From positions 74,129,884 to 74,193,883 of the forward strand of contig NC_068986.1 of the NCBI RefSeq assembly GCF_001194135.2: a stretch of DNA of 64,000 bases, written 5' to 3'. The DNA comes from Octopus bimaculoides. Taxonomy: Eukaryota. Below are positions 12,350 to 26,190 of this stretch, piece by piece (within the stretch, counting starts at the first letter, position 1; every line of letters starts with the position of its first letter). The notes under the pieces were generated by a model. The model made no database searches and was not told the origin of the DNA. It saw nothing but the letters and a program-made list of their open reading frames with translations. The translations under genes and the position numbers were made by a program.

Positions 12350-12750
12350 TCTTTTATCTTTTACCTGTTTCAGTCATTAGACTGCAGCTATGCTGGGGCA
12401 CTGCCTTGAATTTTTAGTAGAATGAATTGACCCCAGAACTTATTTTTTAAACCTGACACTTCTTCTATTAGTTGCTTTTGCTGAACCATTAAGTTGCAGG
12501 GATGTAAATACACCAACACCAGTTGTCAAGTGGTGATGGGGGACAAACACAGACACACAGATACACACATAAGTATATATATACATATATATATACGATG
12601 GGCTTCTATCAGTTCCAGTCTACCAAATCCACTCACAAGGCTTTGGTTAACTCAAGGCTATGATAGAAGACAGTTGCCCAAGGCGCCACACAGTGGGACT
12701 GAACCTGGAACCATGTGGCTGGGAAGCAAGTTTTTCTACCATGCAGCCAC
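12350..12750 (-). mobile_element. SINE family B
   Basis: Reverse complement of 6235-6657, including the internal microsatellite. Confidence 0.85.
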
Positions 12751-12789
12751 GCCTGCACCCATGTTATTTTTTCTCTTCCAGTATCTTTT

Positions 12790-13081
12790 GTCCTTTATTT
12801 TTCTATCTTTTACTTATTTGAGTCATTGAACTGCAGTGATGCTGGGGCACCACCTTGTTTCTCCTGGTTTCATTTGCCAAACCACTATGTTATGGGGATA
12901 TAAACAAAGCAACACCAGTGGTCAAGCAGTGGTGGCAGGGGACAAACACGAACACAATGTCCCTCTTTCTCTCTCACACACACACAGACACACACAAACA
13001 TGTGTATATATAAATATAAATATATCCATACACATACATATATATACACACACACACACATATACATGCATACACATGCGT

Positions 13082-13123
<42 letters not shown>

Positions 13124-13265
13124 TGGGCTTCTATCTGTTTCCATATATAAAATCCATACACAAGGGTTTGGTCAGCCTGAGGCATCTGCCAAAAAGTGCC
13201 ATGTTTTGAGACTGAACCCAAAACCTTGTGGTTGGGAAGCAAACTTCTTACTACACAGTCATGGG
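12790..13265 (-). mobile_element. SINE family B (degenerate, long internal (CA)n)
   Basis: Tail, core and head fragments recognisable in reverse orientation. Confidence 0.75.
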
Positions 13266-13729
13266 TGTTCCTATAATCCATATATTCTGATTTCTTTTTA
13301 GATTCCCTTACAACAGCAGCTAATTAAAGTGACTTCTGATTTAAGACTTTTAGATTCAACTTATTTGTTAATATGTGAATCAATTCATGCTGTTTAGCTT
13401 GAAATCAGGCATATCATTCCAGATTGATGTGAATTGAAGTTTGTTAAGCTCAGTGCCAACCTCCTGTTGTTAAACATGATGTTAACTATACATTGTCTAG
13501 GCTTAGTGCCAAGTGCAAGTCATTGAGCTTGATGTTAATACCAAGTTGGTAATTTCGGTAGATAAAATGAAATGCTGGTGATAATATCTAGTTCTCAACC
13601 ATTTTTTACATATGGACCCCTCTCGTTCCTATTTTACTTGGGTAGACCCTCATAGCCCTTTGATGTTTTACATTTTTGTAATTAAATATTATTAGGAATT
13701 GCTTAAAAATATAGTTTGGCACCTGTGAC

Positions 13730-13885
13730 ATCACAACTCATTTCTACAGCTGAGTGAACTGGAGCAATGGGAAAATAAAGCGATTTGGTCAAGAACACAA
13801 CACACAGCCCAGTCCAGGAATTGAACTCACTGCCTCATGATTGTGAGCCTGACACTTTAACCACTGAGCCATGTGCCTTCACAGC
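13730..13885 (-). mobile_element. SINE family D
   Basis: ACAACTCATTTCTACAGCTGAGTGAACTGGAGC...GAATTGAACTCAC...CCACTGAGCCATGTGCCTTC. Confidence 0.8.
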
Positions 13886-14475
13886 AATCACATAAACTCC
13901 CTCTTAATGTTGATGGTGGTAACAGTGATGTCAAATATAAAAATAAAGTTCAAAGATGGATGAAGAAGATGGGGAAAGAGGAGGAGAGATAGCGCTAAAT
14001 TTCAAAGGAAGGTGAAGAAGGAACTACAGATGGGTGTTTCAAAAATATAGGGATAGCATTATATTTTAAGCAAGTCTAAATTTGGTATTTCTCTATGAGA
14101 CTGAGTGCAAATTTTGTTGCAAAAGCAGTATTTGTATTGTATTTGGGTGGGTGGGGGTAGATGAACCTTTTATTGCCTGTTTAATTTTTTTTCCTGTTTT
14201 TAGGATATAGTAATGTGGTATTCGCTTTCGTTATTGAAAGTTTTTTTTTTCTGTTGTTACATAATAAATTTAGAAATTTGGCAGTCGTTATGGTATGGCA
14301 TGTGTAGTTACTTAGGAATCTGAGGAATTTGGCTTTTTTAAAAAAACCAAAAAATAAAAAATTTCTGTTGGCCAGCACACTTAGAAATCTTTTATTGCAA
14401 CTTTAGAAGTGATAATATACAAATTAGTGTGTGTGCGTGCATATATATATATATATATTTGTGTATGTATATATA

Positions 14476-14514
<39 letters not shown>

Positions 14515-14914
14515 ATGTGTAAGTATACGTGTGCGTGTGTGTGTATATATATATATATATGTATGTATCTATGTATGTATATATACACACATGTGCCACA
14601 CATACAGAGAAAGAGAGAGAGAGAGTATTTGTTAAGTGAGATAAGAAGTCATGGTCGAGAAATGAGAATCAGTACAATGAAACCATTTAACAAATCATTA
14701 TGAAACCTTCACCTTTGAACTGAGAAGTTGTTTGCTTTGTTTTTATTTGCTGTTAGAAAATTCAATAGAACCTAGTGTATTTAATTTTTCAGTTTTCTTA
14801 TACCATTGCATCTCCACATGTGAATACATAGTCATGTGCACATGTACGTTCACAAACTATCGCAGATGTACATGTAGGTACATAATCATACACAACACAT
14901 TTAAATAAATCATA

Positions 14915-15200
14915 ATTGTCATTTAACATCCATTTTCCATACTGGCATGGGTTGGACAGTTTAACTGGAGCTGACCAGCCAAAGAGTTGTCCAGGCTCCA
15001 ATTGTCTGTTTTGGCATGGTTTCTATGGTTGAATGCCCTTCCTAATGCCAACCACTTTACAGAGTGAGCTAGGTGTTTTATGTGCCACCAGCATAGATGC
15101 ATCTGTGTGGTACTGGCACAAGTGCATTTTATGCAGCACCAACATGAGTGCATTGTACATGGCACCAGTACCTGCAACACAAAGTCCTCTCAGCTGGGAG
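14915..15200 (-). mobile_element. RTE 3' UTR fragment
   Basis: CATTTAACATCCATTTTCCATACTGGCATGGGTTGGAC...ATGCCCTTCCTAATGCCAACCACT. Similar pieces at 31165-31470, 44758-45010, 46436-46710 and 61511-61715. Confidence 0.8.
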
Positions 15201-15669
15201 AAGGAGTGGGGGCATGTACCTGCATGCTGTTGCTAGTGTTACGGTTACTGCATGACAAGGAAACAGTCTCTGCTCGAAACCAGCAAGTAAAACAAACATG
15301 TCTTTACAATTCAATTATGTATTGAGAAATATGTTAAAAATTTCCAATAATGGCAGTACAGAGTTGTTACAAAATAATTGTGTCAATAGCCAAATATTGG
15401 TCAAGGTAAAATAGTCACCAGAATCATGAGTCCAAGAAGTATAAATTGAAAATCTGAGTTCTTCATAACAGAGAGTTCAATGTTGAAGATGAAAGTTGTA
15501 TTTCTTTCTCAAATGCTAGTGTTTCTCTGAGCTGAGCCGATCAAAGTAGTAGAGGAGGTAACTCTTTCATTACAATATTATAATTAAGTAAAATACATTC
15601 TCATAATACTAGATGGCGTGTGAGCATATGGTAGGTTCATTAGAAGAGAGCATGAATGAATGGTTGATA

Positions 15670-15885
15670 TTGGGTGGCAAACTGGCAGAACCATCAGCAC
15701 ACTGAGCAAAATACTTAGCAGTATTTCGTCCATCATTACATTCTGAGTCCAAATTCTGCTGAGGTCAGTTTTGCTTTTCATCCTTTCAGGGTTGATAAAA
15801 TAAGCACCAGTTAAGCACTGGGGTCATTGTAATCGACTTAACCAACTCCCTGAAATTACCAGCCTTGTGCCAAAAATTGAAACCA
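15670..15885 (-). mobile_element. SINE family C (partly rearranged)
   Basis: TTCTGAGT.CAAATTC.GC.GAGGTC..CTTTGC.TTTCATCCTTTC core. The recognisable core reads on + from 15670, so the orientation call is uncertain. Confidence 0.55.
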
Positions 15886-16124
15886 GTATGTATGTAAAGA
15901 TAGCACCTTTGTCAGAGACAAAGACAAACAAACAAAATTGTATATGTGAGCTTTGTGATCAAGCAACAAAAGATAACTAAATACATTCCACATGCTTATA
16001 TCTCTTATTCTGTTCTCTACTATTAACTAAGAGCTCTATTCAGTGGATTATATAATGCTGAGGATGTATGGCACAACTAGTTTTCCCCCTGAAACTCAGA
16101 CTCTGACAATAAGCATTTGGTCTA

Positions 16125-16176
<52 letters not shown>

Positions 16177-17714
16177 ACACACACACACACACAATACCTA
16201 CATGTATATATGTATGAGATGCTTTGGCACAAGATGTTTCAGCTCTATCTGTTTGGCTTTGCTGATTTGATGCTGACTTACTTGACATCAAACATCTTAA
16301 TGTTTCCCTTTTTTTTAACTTTCTCTCGTTCTCTCCATCTCTCACTCTTTGTTTGTGTGTGTGTGAGCATATTTCCTTTTATATATGTGAGGTGAGCAGA
16401 AAGTGCTTATGTCACTCATGTTCAATTAATAAATCGTAATGTCTCTTCACACCATCTCCCACTCTCTTCGTGTATATCTGTATTTCTATATACATGTACA
16501 TGTGGGTGTGTTTGCTTGCAGTGCCAAAAAGTACTTTCACTAAAACAAGTTCAGTGTTCAGTCAGCTGTATCAAATCACAAGTGTCCAAATAGCCACACT
16601 AAATTGTCTCATCCTACACATTTACACATGTATAGACTCGTGTACTAGCTACTGTGATTCAAAGAAAAACAGACCAATGAAGGCAATGCTGTCATTGCCA
16701 TTTCTTAGGTGGCCATGAAGAGATTTTTAATTAAATAGTAATGAAAGTTGTTATTAGCAATGTAATTAGTGACAGGTTGTTGTTATATAGGTTCAATCCT
16801 GGTTGAATTTTGTTGCGGTGTTGGTGTAGTGAAGTCTTGGATGTGGTGGAGCAATATAGAATGAGGTGTATATTTCTTAACAGAAGAATACCATGTGTGT
16901 ATAAGTGATATTTGGTGTAATGAATAGGGAGCACATAGAAGGGGTTGGTGTTTGACAGTGAGACAGTGTTTGGAATGAAAGACTGTTTGTAATATTTTAA
17001 TATGTGTGTGTGCATATGTATGTGTGCATATGTATGTGTGCATATGTATGTGTGTGTGTATTTGCCAGTGTATGTATATGTATGAGGGAGTGTGTGTTGC
17101 AGAGGCGGTTTAAGGAGCTGAGAATGATGAGAAGTAGAATGGATGATGTGGCAGTAAGGATTCACTGGAGACTAGAATGCCTCTAAGTCAATGTCTGGAG
17201 AGAGAGAGAGAGAGAGAGAGAGAGAACATTAATAATCACACACAGGATCTGCTATGCCGTTGATTGGTGTTGTTGATGTTTAGCTTTAAGTCATCTCCGA
17301 TCATGCAAAACTATGGTCAGAAGTATTCCAGTTATGACCATTCCATCTTTTAATATATCTAAGATTATTGTTTACCATATTTTTTATTCCTATTAAGACA
17401 ATAAGATGTAGTATTAGGGAAGTTTGGCTAATATTTCTTATCAGGTTGAATGACTATGTAGAGCAAAGGGTCTCAACCATTTTTTATCTATGGACCCCTT
17501 GGTTCCTATTTTACTGTGCTGGACACTCATAGCCACTCGATGTTAAAAAAAAACAAAAAAACATTTTTTAAACTAAATATCATTAGGAATTGTCTAAAAC
17601 AATTAAGATATTTTGTGCATTTTAGAAGTATACGCAGTTTATTGCACAGAAAATAGACTCCATCAACTGCCAGTGGGTAAGCCAAAGGTAGTTGATAGCT
17701 TCCATTATCTAGGT

Positions 17715-18011
17715 CAGGGGTTTTCAAACTGTGGTCCGCAAACAACAGGGGGTCCACAAGGACAAGACAGGGGGTCCGTGGACAGCAAATACTTTTTATG
17801 GGTAATTTGATTTTATATATGTTTTTTAATCGAAATCTTTTAATTGACAATAAACCTATTTGTTAAATACTGTTAAATAAATAAATGTAAAAATATATGT
17901 TATTTTAAGCAAATATTTATGTATTAATTTCATAAGCGTTTATAAGGGGGTCCCTAAGGTAGAGCCTGAAATATAAAGGGGTCTGCAAGTCAAAAAGTTT
18001 GAAAACCCCTG
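17715..18011. mobile_element. Intact 297-bp hAT MITE
   Basis: Perfect 16-bp TIRs CAGGGGTTTTCAAACT / AGTTTGAAAACCCCTG; perfect 8-bp TSD ATCTAGGT at 17707-17714 and 18012-18019 (nnnTAnnn). Confidence 0.95.
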
Positions 18012-18019
18012 ATCTAGGT

Positions 18020-18630
18020 GACCAAGTTAGTAGTGGAGGTGAATGCAAAGTTCTGAGCAAAGTTCAGAGAGCTCTTGCCTCTACTGGCAACAAGGAGCCT
18101 CTCTTTCTCAGAGGGAAAGGCAGATACCATGATGCTTGTGCGTGAACAGCTATGCTACATGGCAGTGAAACATGGGCTGTGACAGCCAAGGACATGTGTA
18201 AGCTTGTAAGAAATGAAGCCAGTATGTTTTTCTGGATGTGCAATGCCAGTGTGCATGTTTATCAGAGTGCAAGCATCTTGAGAGAAAAGTTGTAAATAAG
18301 AGGCATCAAATGTTGTGTGCAAAAGAAAGGACTGTGTTGGTATGGTCATGTGATGCATATGGATGAGAGGACAGCTGTGTAAAGGAGTGCTGATCTCTAA
18401 CTGTGAAAGGAACCAGTGGTAGAGGTAGACCCAGGAAGACATAGGACGAGGTGGTAAAGCATGATCTTCAAATGTTGGGCCTCACAGAGGCAATGACTGG
18501 TGACTGAGACTGTTGGCGATATGCTGTGCTTGAGAGGTCCTGTCAAGCCAAGTGAAATCATAGTTGTCGCTGATGCTGGTGTCACGTTACTGGCACCCAT
18601 GCTGGTGGCACGTAAAAACCACCTTTTGAG
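18020..18630 (+). mobile_element. RTE LINE, degenerate ORF2 C-terminus
   Basis: Reverse-complement similarity to 41513-42100 (AMLHGSETWA and GRGRPRKTW-like motifs). Confidence 0.85.
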
Positions 18631-20311
18631 CATTAGGCTTCATGGAGGCAAAGTGGCTGANNNNNNNNNNNNNNNNNNNNNNNNNNNNNNNNNNNNNNNN
18701 NNNNNNNNNNNNNNNNNNNNNNNNNNNNNNNNNNNNNNNNNNNNNNNNNNNNNNNNNNNNNNNNNNNNNNNNNNNNNNNNNNNNNNNNNNNNNNNNNNNN
18801 NNNNNNGATGCATATGGATGAGAGGACAGCTGTGTAAAGGAGTGCTGATCTCTAACTGATATATGTTATATGTGTGAATTCTGCACGAATTAGGAAATGG
18901 CAGCAAGTGAAATTTGGCATATAGAATTATAAGCCTTCACCATATATTGACTATAGAAAATAGTCTAATGTTAGCCCTGTAATGGAAAATCATCACTACT
19001 GCCACCACCATCGTCATTGTTCCAGTGTTCACTTTCTCATGCTTGCAATGGTTAGACAAAATTCACTGAGGCAGACTTTTTTAACAACTGGATGCCCTTC
19101 CTGTCACCAACCCACACCTGTTTCCAAGCAAGGTAATATTTCTTCTAGTCTATTGAATAAAGAGATACAAACATACATACTCACTCAAGTACACATGCAT
19201 ACATACGTACATGTGTGTGCATGTGCACATATACATCTACCAAATGCACTTGCAAATGTTTGGTGGTTCATGGCTACAGTAGAAGACACTTGCCCAAGAT
19301 ATAGGTACAGTGGGACTTTGCATAGTGTTGTGATACTCCTCAACCACACAGTCATGTATGTATGTATGTATGTGTGTGTGTGTGTGTATGCCATTATTCA
19401 GTTTTATTTCAAGATTTCTTGCCAATAGAGAAAGAGCTAGTTTCTAACCTAAATCCAAGGCTCCTTATGTATGTATGTATATATATGTATGTGTGTGTGT
19501 GTGCGTGCACGTGTGTGTGTGTGTGTGCGCGTGCACGTGTGTGTGTGTGTGTGTGTGTCTGTCATTTAATTTCTTTCTCAACTCTCTTTGCACACAGATA
19601 TAGTTGCATATTGAACTATTATCATCCGTGAATGTGCTTATGATTTCAATGTATGTTGTTCTGATATATATNNNNNNNNNNNNNNNNNNNNNNNNNNNNN
19701 NNNNNNNNNNNNNNNNNNNNNNNNNNNNNNNNNNNNNNNNNNNNNNNNNNNNNNNNNNNNNNNNNNNNNNNNNNNNNNNNNNNNNNNNNNNNNNNNNNNN
19801 NNNNNNNNNNNNNNNNNNNNNNNNNNNNNNNNNNNNATATATATATATATATATATACATATATATATGCATATGCATTTGTTCATATCTGTAGATATAT
19901 CTATCCTTTTCTATATCTATTTTCAAAAAAACATTCTTAATTTCTTACACCTTTCTATCTCTCTTTCCTCCTCTCATCTTCTCCTTCTTTAGTCCTTACC
20001 TCTCCCCACTCTCTTTGTTCCTTATCTCCTCCCCCTTCTCTAAATCCCATCTCTCATTTCCTCTTTTATCCAATAAACTTCCAAGAAAGCAATAACTATA
20101 TATGTTTATGAATGTGTTTATTGTTGTGTACCTGCATGTAATTATGTGTGTGTGTGCATGAATGTTATGTAATCTATGTATGTAAGTGAGTACGTTTGTA
20201 TATTATACTGTGTGTATACTTGTGTGCTATGCAGTGTATGCATGCATGCATGTATGTATGTATACATGGTGTGTATGTGTGTATGAGTGCGCATGAGTGT
20301 GTGTGTATATA

Positions 20312-20357
<46 letters not shown>

Positions 20358-22008
20358 TACATACATATATATATATGCATGTATTTACTCTATGTATGTG
20401 ATTGTGTATAGTTTATGTAAATTCTTCAAGAATATATCACTTTTTGCCTTCATATCAAAACTTAATATCAATTCTTATCTTTTTATTTACCATCTTCTCC
20501 ACCGCCACTATAATCTAAGAATATTTTATAATCCATATGGTGTATTTCTGATTTATCACCAGTTTGCAGAGACATGTGTGTATGATACTGTAGACTGGCA
20601 AGAAACATTTGTTTAAAGTCCGATATTTATGGGATTACAATGCAACTTGGATTTTATCGATCAGTATTGGATATATTTTTCATGTTCCATACTTTAGCTG
20701 TTGGTTCTTGTGATTTTATACATAATTTTAATTTTATTCTTCCATCTTGCTTTGGTCCCAAAAATGACATTATTGCAATTGTTTTGATAGAAATTTTGTA
20801 TAAATTACAAGATTTAGTTAAGCGCCATTACATTTAGGAAGAGAATGGTAAGGATGGTCGTTGATTAGGTTGGATGGCTGTCAGTTGTAGGAAGAAAGTT
20901 CAGGAATATAGGAAATCTGAAACTAGTGACAGTATAGAGTTGGTGCAGCTGGAAAATGAATACTTTAGTCCAAAAACAAGGATCCCATAAAAAAGAAATG
21001 GAAAGAAAAATCCCCTAAAAACAAGAGTAAAATAAATAAAGAAGACAAAGTGCTTCTTACAATGTGAAAAGGGTAAGTTAAATAACCTTCATATATTTCA
21101 AGTTCAAAGGCCCATCATCAGAAGTGGACAGCTTAAAGAAATTTAAGTTTATGTAGATCCTACCATGTTGATTGCCAGAAATATATAAAGGTTACTTAAC
21201 TTTCTCTTTTTGCATTGTTCGAAGCTCTCTGTCTTCAGTATTTATTTGTTATCTTACTTCTGTATCACAATGCTTCAAGCAAACTACAATGCTCTTCCAA
21301 AAACAAAATATATATCAACAATATAGGTGTTTTTTGAGAAAATATATCCTTATGGTAAAGTTTTCATATTAGTTTCTCTTGTGTAAATCAGAGAAGAAAT
21401 GCATATCCTCCTGGAAAGAATGCTTGTCTGCTGTATGTAATTTTCCCTGATGAAATTAGTTCCTACACCCTAGATAAGTAAACAATGAGAAATAAAGTGA
21501 AATTAAAGTAATTTCTTATAACATCAATTTATAGTTAGTTATCTTGTTCTCTTAGGCATTTCATTACTCTGGGACATGTTAGTAACAAATTTGCTTGATT
21601 AAAGCCAGTATCATCAATTGGGCTCAGTAGTTGTACCATTTCTAAATGATGCTGTTGTAGAACTTAACTTTCTATTTGTAGAGAGGAACAAAATTAAGAG
21701 TAAAAGTGTAAAACAAAATCTAACTAGCCAGATCTGCCTCTCACACCCACCCTACAATATCATTTTTGAAAATGAATGTTCACATCATCAATATCTTGAA
21801 GCTATCAAGACAATGTATGATTAACTGAAAACAATATGAATAAAAAAATAAGTATTACATTTGACACAGTAATCTGAAGGCTAAAGACAGAATATTTTAT
21901 TCCTTTGTTGCCCGTCCACCTGAGACCTCTACCTCTGATTCTGTTATACCTGTCTACCCACCTGGGGCCACCACCCCTGATTCTGTGATGCAAATATACC
22001 TGTTTTAA

Positions 22009-22194
22009 CCCTTTAGGATTGAGATTAATCTGTCATTATTTATTCTCATTGTTTTGAATTTAATTATACACTGTCATGTGACTGTTTATTTTAGAGTGAC
22101 ATTGTAGAGTAGGTGTGAGAGACCAGATCTGGCTGATTTGAACATAGAATACACATAATATTTGGGCCAGATATGGCCATTTTATACTAAAGAG
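22009..22194 (-). mobile_element. piggyBac-type MITE (TTAA-flanked)
   Basis: TTAA|CCCTTTAG ... CTAAAGAG|TTAA; same family as 23262-23482, 21720-21890, 48610-48796 and 61790-62008. Confidence 0.75.
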
Positions 22195-22781
22195 TTAAAG
22201 TGTTTATATTTAAAACTTATCATAATTTTATTCAAGTAATTTTTAATTTTGTTCCAAAAACCACATTAATATTGATAAAGTTAATTAATTCACTAAATTC
22301 CTTCAAATTTCTCATTACTTCCATAATTAATTGAAACATATAAGTAGAGCATATAATTAGACATATAACCCATAAAAAAGGTTAAAGTATTTAGGCAAAT
22401 AAACAGTTAAAATCTCAGATCACATCAGATATAATTAGTGTCTGTCATATTAATTTTGCCAGTTAATGTCTGTAAAATACTAATTTGCTTAATACTTTGA
22501 TTAGAACTCAGTTGATTAATTGATGTACCTATAGGCACATGTATGGTTGTGTGGTTTGCTTCCCAACTACATGGTCGTCTCGGCAAGTGTCTTCTACAAT
22601 AGCCCTGGACCTGCCAAAGCCTTGTGAATGGATCTGGTAGACGAAAACTGAAAGAAACTCACCATGTGTGTGTGTGTGTGTTGGTGCTTGTGAGTACCTT
22701 TGTCTAGACATGTGATGGCTGTAAATGAGAATTATTGGCATAAAACTGATGTTGTTTGTTTCTAGTCTTCTGTGAGAAATA

Positions 22782-22999
22782 AGAGTGGGGTGCTGAAAAG
22801 TTCCTGGCTTTAATGGTATCTCGAAAGGCCTGGCTGGAGGCTCAACCTGACGAATTCTTTTACAGGGCTTAGAAAAACTGGAGGACTGCTGCAGTAAGTG
22901 TATGAATCTGAGAGGGGAATACGTTGAATAAAATCATAGTTAACTAATCCTCTTGTATTTTCTTTTACCCAATGCCAGGAACTTTTCAGCACCCCCTTG
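22782..22999 (+). mobile_element. mariner deletion derivative (218 bp)
   Basis: 22-bp perfect TIR core GGGGTGCTGAAAAGTTCCTGGC (22787-22808 / 22974-22995) with TA flanks. Interior encodes the mariner C-terminus WLEAQPDEF..GLEKLEDCCSKCMNLRGEYVE*. Confidence 0.9.
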
Positions 23000-23261
23000 T
23001 ATGTTTGATCATGGGGAAATATTACCTTGATTGAAAATATGTGAGTGTCGGTGATAGGAAGAGCATCCAAATGTAGAAAATCCTAAAGAAGAAACTGTAG
23101 CTTCATTTAGGAATTTTCAGCTTAGTTTCATTGTATTGTTTGCATACAAATAATACATATTTTAATTCAAAATATTTGGCATCTTTCTTATAAAATGGAA
23201 CATGACCAATATATATTTTAAAGTGTTGGTCAGAGCATATAGGTTTCAGTTAAACATTTAA

Positions 23262-23482
23262 CCCTGTAGCATTTAAACCGGCCATATCCAATCAAAATAT
23301 TCTACCTGTTTCATGTTCAAACTGACCAGACCAAACTTCTCACACTGACCCTACATTGTCATTCTAAAAATAAGCAATCATCACCTTTGAACTCTCAAAG
23401 CTATGAAATAATGCATGATTAATACAAAACAATGTGAATAAATGAGCATTAGATTTGACAGAGAAATATGAATGTTAAAGAG
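23262..23482 (+). mobile_element. piggyBac-type MITE (TTAA-flanked)
   Basis: TTAA|CCCTGTAG ... TTAAAGAG|TTAA. Confidence 0.8.
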
Positions 23483-25475
23483 TTAAAACATTTGACTCCA
23501 TCTCTGCAATGAATGCTGATATGGACAGATAGTCTTTATCTTTAAAAATAAAGCAGAACCAATTTTATAAGTGTTATAATATAGCTTCTTAATGAAGAAA
23601 AAAAAAACACAAGCAAACACAACTGATCTGTCAAATCAGTAATGCTTTTGAAATATTTTTATATCTCCTTTCTGTAATAAAAATTAAGATGGTAGGCCTA
23701 AAAATGTTTTCATTTCTGTAAGTCAGTAAACAAATTTTGGTTGCTTTTCATAATGGTTTTTATGAACAACTCTCTATGCAATTAAAGCATTGCACTCTTT
23801 TAGTTTATTTTTCCTTTTTCTTCCAATGTATTAAAAAAAAAATTCTTTTTTTTTTTTTTCAGAAATAAATTCTAATTACTTAGAAGTATTGTAAAAGCAG
23901 CCTGCTGTCAGTTGTAATATCGTTTCCAAAGCTACCTGCCGTGTCATTGAATTCGATATACTTTTATTACCATATCCTCTCGGCTGATCGTTTACAGCTT
24001 ATCATAAAAAGGCACTATTAGACATCAGTATACATTTATTGTATTTTTCCTTTCTGCAAGCCCAAGATGTATCCATAAAACATGATTCATGTAAAAAGTT
24101 CGTATAGATCATCTATGATTGGATATCAAGTTAAAAATAGATATCTTTTCTAATTTTCTGGTCTAAAGAGGTAATTTTCAGTAGGCAATTTGTTTAAGTA
24201 ATGTCATTCAGATTCAATCTTGTGGTGTCAGAATCTCTTTGCCATCTGTCTGTGTATATATCTAATGTGGTAAAATGGGCTTTACCCACTCACATGCTCT
24301 CTCCCTATATGTCTTCCTTGTTTTCTCTCCCTACAACTTAGTCTTTGAATTCAATTCAGTTCTCTGTTAAGTGCACAGAATAGATATAGTGTTCCATTTC
24401 CTCTTTAACTACAAGGAATTGATGTGAATAAATACAGCAATTGGTTAACTGGTCTATTCAGAAGGCTGTGTATTTTTCCTTCTTTGAAGTCATAACAGCA
24501 ACATGTATGTTTAAATTAAACCCAACCAACACTGCTCTGTCACTTGGAATCAAATCCTACAACTATGGAATTAGTTTATACAATGTTATCTGGGAAAATC
24601 TAGCAGAGCTGCATCTTTTAAGGCATCAGTATAAATTCTTAAAATAACTCTTTCTCCTCCTTTCTTTTTCTTGCTTTTCTAGTTTAATGAATTCCATCTC
24701 TGAAAACAGATGGAATACATAAAGAATGAGAGAATTGACTTGATAGTCTCTAAACTCAGGTTAGAGTTCTGCAGATTAGTTCTTTGTATCAAAAGGATCT
24801 TTTAGAAATGCATCATGTTCTTCTTCTCACTGTCATTTACCAGCAAATTTAGTGAAAAGTAATTGCGGAACTATATTAGAATAGAATCTAGATTGACAAG
24901 TAAATGTTGTGGAAGTCTTTGCATAGACAGATTCATAAAAAGCAGGTTTTTATTAAAAAATCCCCATTTTGGACTTCTGTTTGGATCAATTCTCTGATAA
25001 AAACATTACAAAAATACATAAAATAAAACTCCTTTTCCTCTAAAGATGCTTTCTCCTTAATGATAAAATGTAGTCTCTTGTCCTTATAATCTGAGTTCAA
25101 ATTCTACCTCAGTTGACTTCACATTTTTCCTTTCAGATTGTTTATTATCATTAGCCACAACAATTCAGCTTTGGTCATGCAAACATGTGACCAAAGTTCT
25201 GGAATGATGACCATCCAGTTTTTATTTTTCTCTGACATAATTTACCTTTGAATATATTATTCAGTATGTTCTTTCTTATATACATCTGTAAGGTGTAATT
25301 TGAGAGATTTGACTACTGTTTCTAGTAAGTCAACCAGTGATGTAATGGCTCTCTCACTGGATTGTCTTTCCAGTATTAATATTCTAAGGTAGATCAAACA
25401 CACACACACACATACGCACATGCATGCACACATACATAACAACTATATATGTTTATATGTGTGTGTAAATACACC

Positions 25476-25506
<31 letters not shown>

Positions 25507-25861
25507 TTATATAAATTCAATAGTGCATTTAAGCACTATTGAATTTTGAGCACTTAAACAAGATGATCCACAGTTTATATATTATTGATTGTTATGAACA
25601 TTTAAACTTGTCGACTTTGAAACTTTTAAACATGTTTTTTCTAATTCATAATTCTAAATTTTTACCTTTGATAAACAAAAAGTAATGTTGAAGCTAGTTT
25701 GGTATATATGTAAATAAATTTATCTAAAAACAATTCCAAGTATTTCAAATTTAGGTGCATTTTCAATAACAAATTTACCTATATATATACACACACACAC
25801 ACCCTTGTATGTAAATATATATATATATATGCATGTATATATGCATATATATACATGTGAA

Positions 25862-26190
25862 AGTGGATGGCTCAATGGTTAGTATGTCAGGCTTATGATC
25901 ATGAGGTTATGAGTTTGATTCCTGGACTGGGCTGTGTTCTTGAGCAAGACACTTTATTTCACATTGCCGCAGTTCACTCAGCTGTAGAAAGGAATTGCAA
26001 CATCACTGGTGCCAATCTGTCTCAGCTTTTGCCTTTCCCCTTGGATAACATCAGTGGCTTGGAGAGGGGAAGCTGGTATGCATGGATGACTGTTGATATT
26101 TCGCAAACAACCTTGCCTGGACTTGTGCTTGGGAGGGTATCTTTCTAGGTGCAATCCCATGGTCATTCATAACCGGGGGTGGGGGGTCTT
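25862..26190 (+). mobile_element. SINE family D, long form
   Basis: tRNA-like head GGATGGCTCAATGGTTAG..GAGTTTGATTCC and central TGTGTTCTTGAGCAAGACACTTTATTTCAC. Homologous to 29715-30050, 32650-32945, 57540-57705 (-) and 63390-63580. Confidence 0.85.

Noticed and set aside
18807-18858. 52-bp exact duplicate of 18352-18403
   Set aside because: It sits immediately after an N-gap inside an RTE copy; most likely a scaffolding artefact.
21905-21990. RG-rich mini-ORF on the - strand (RIRGGGPRW/RIRGRGLRW)
   Set aside because: Two copies of a ~42-bp degenerate tandem repeat between MITEs; no splice signals.
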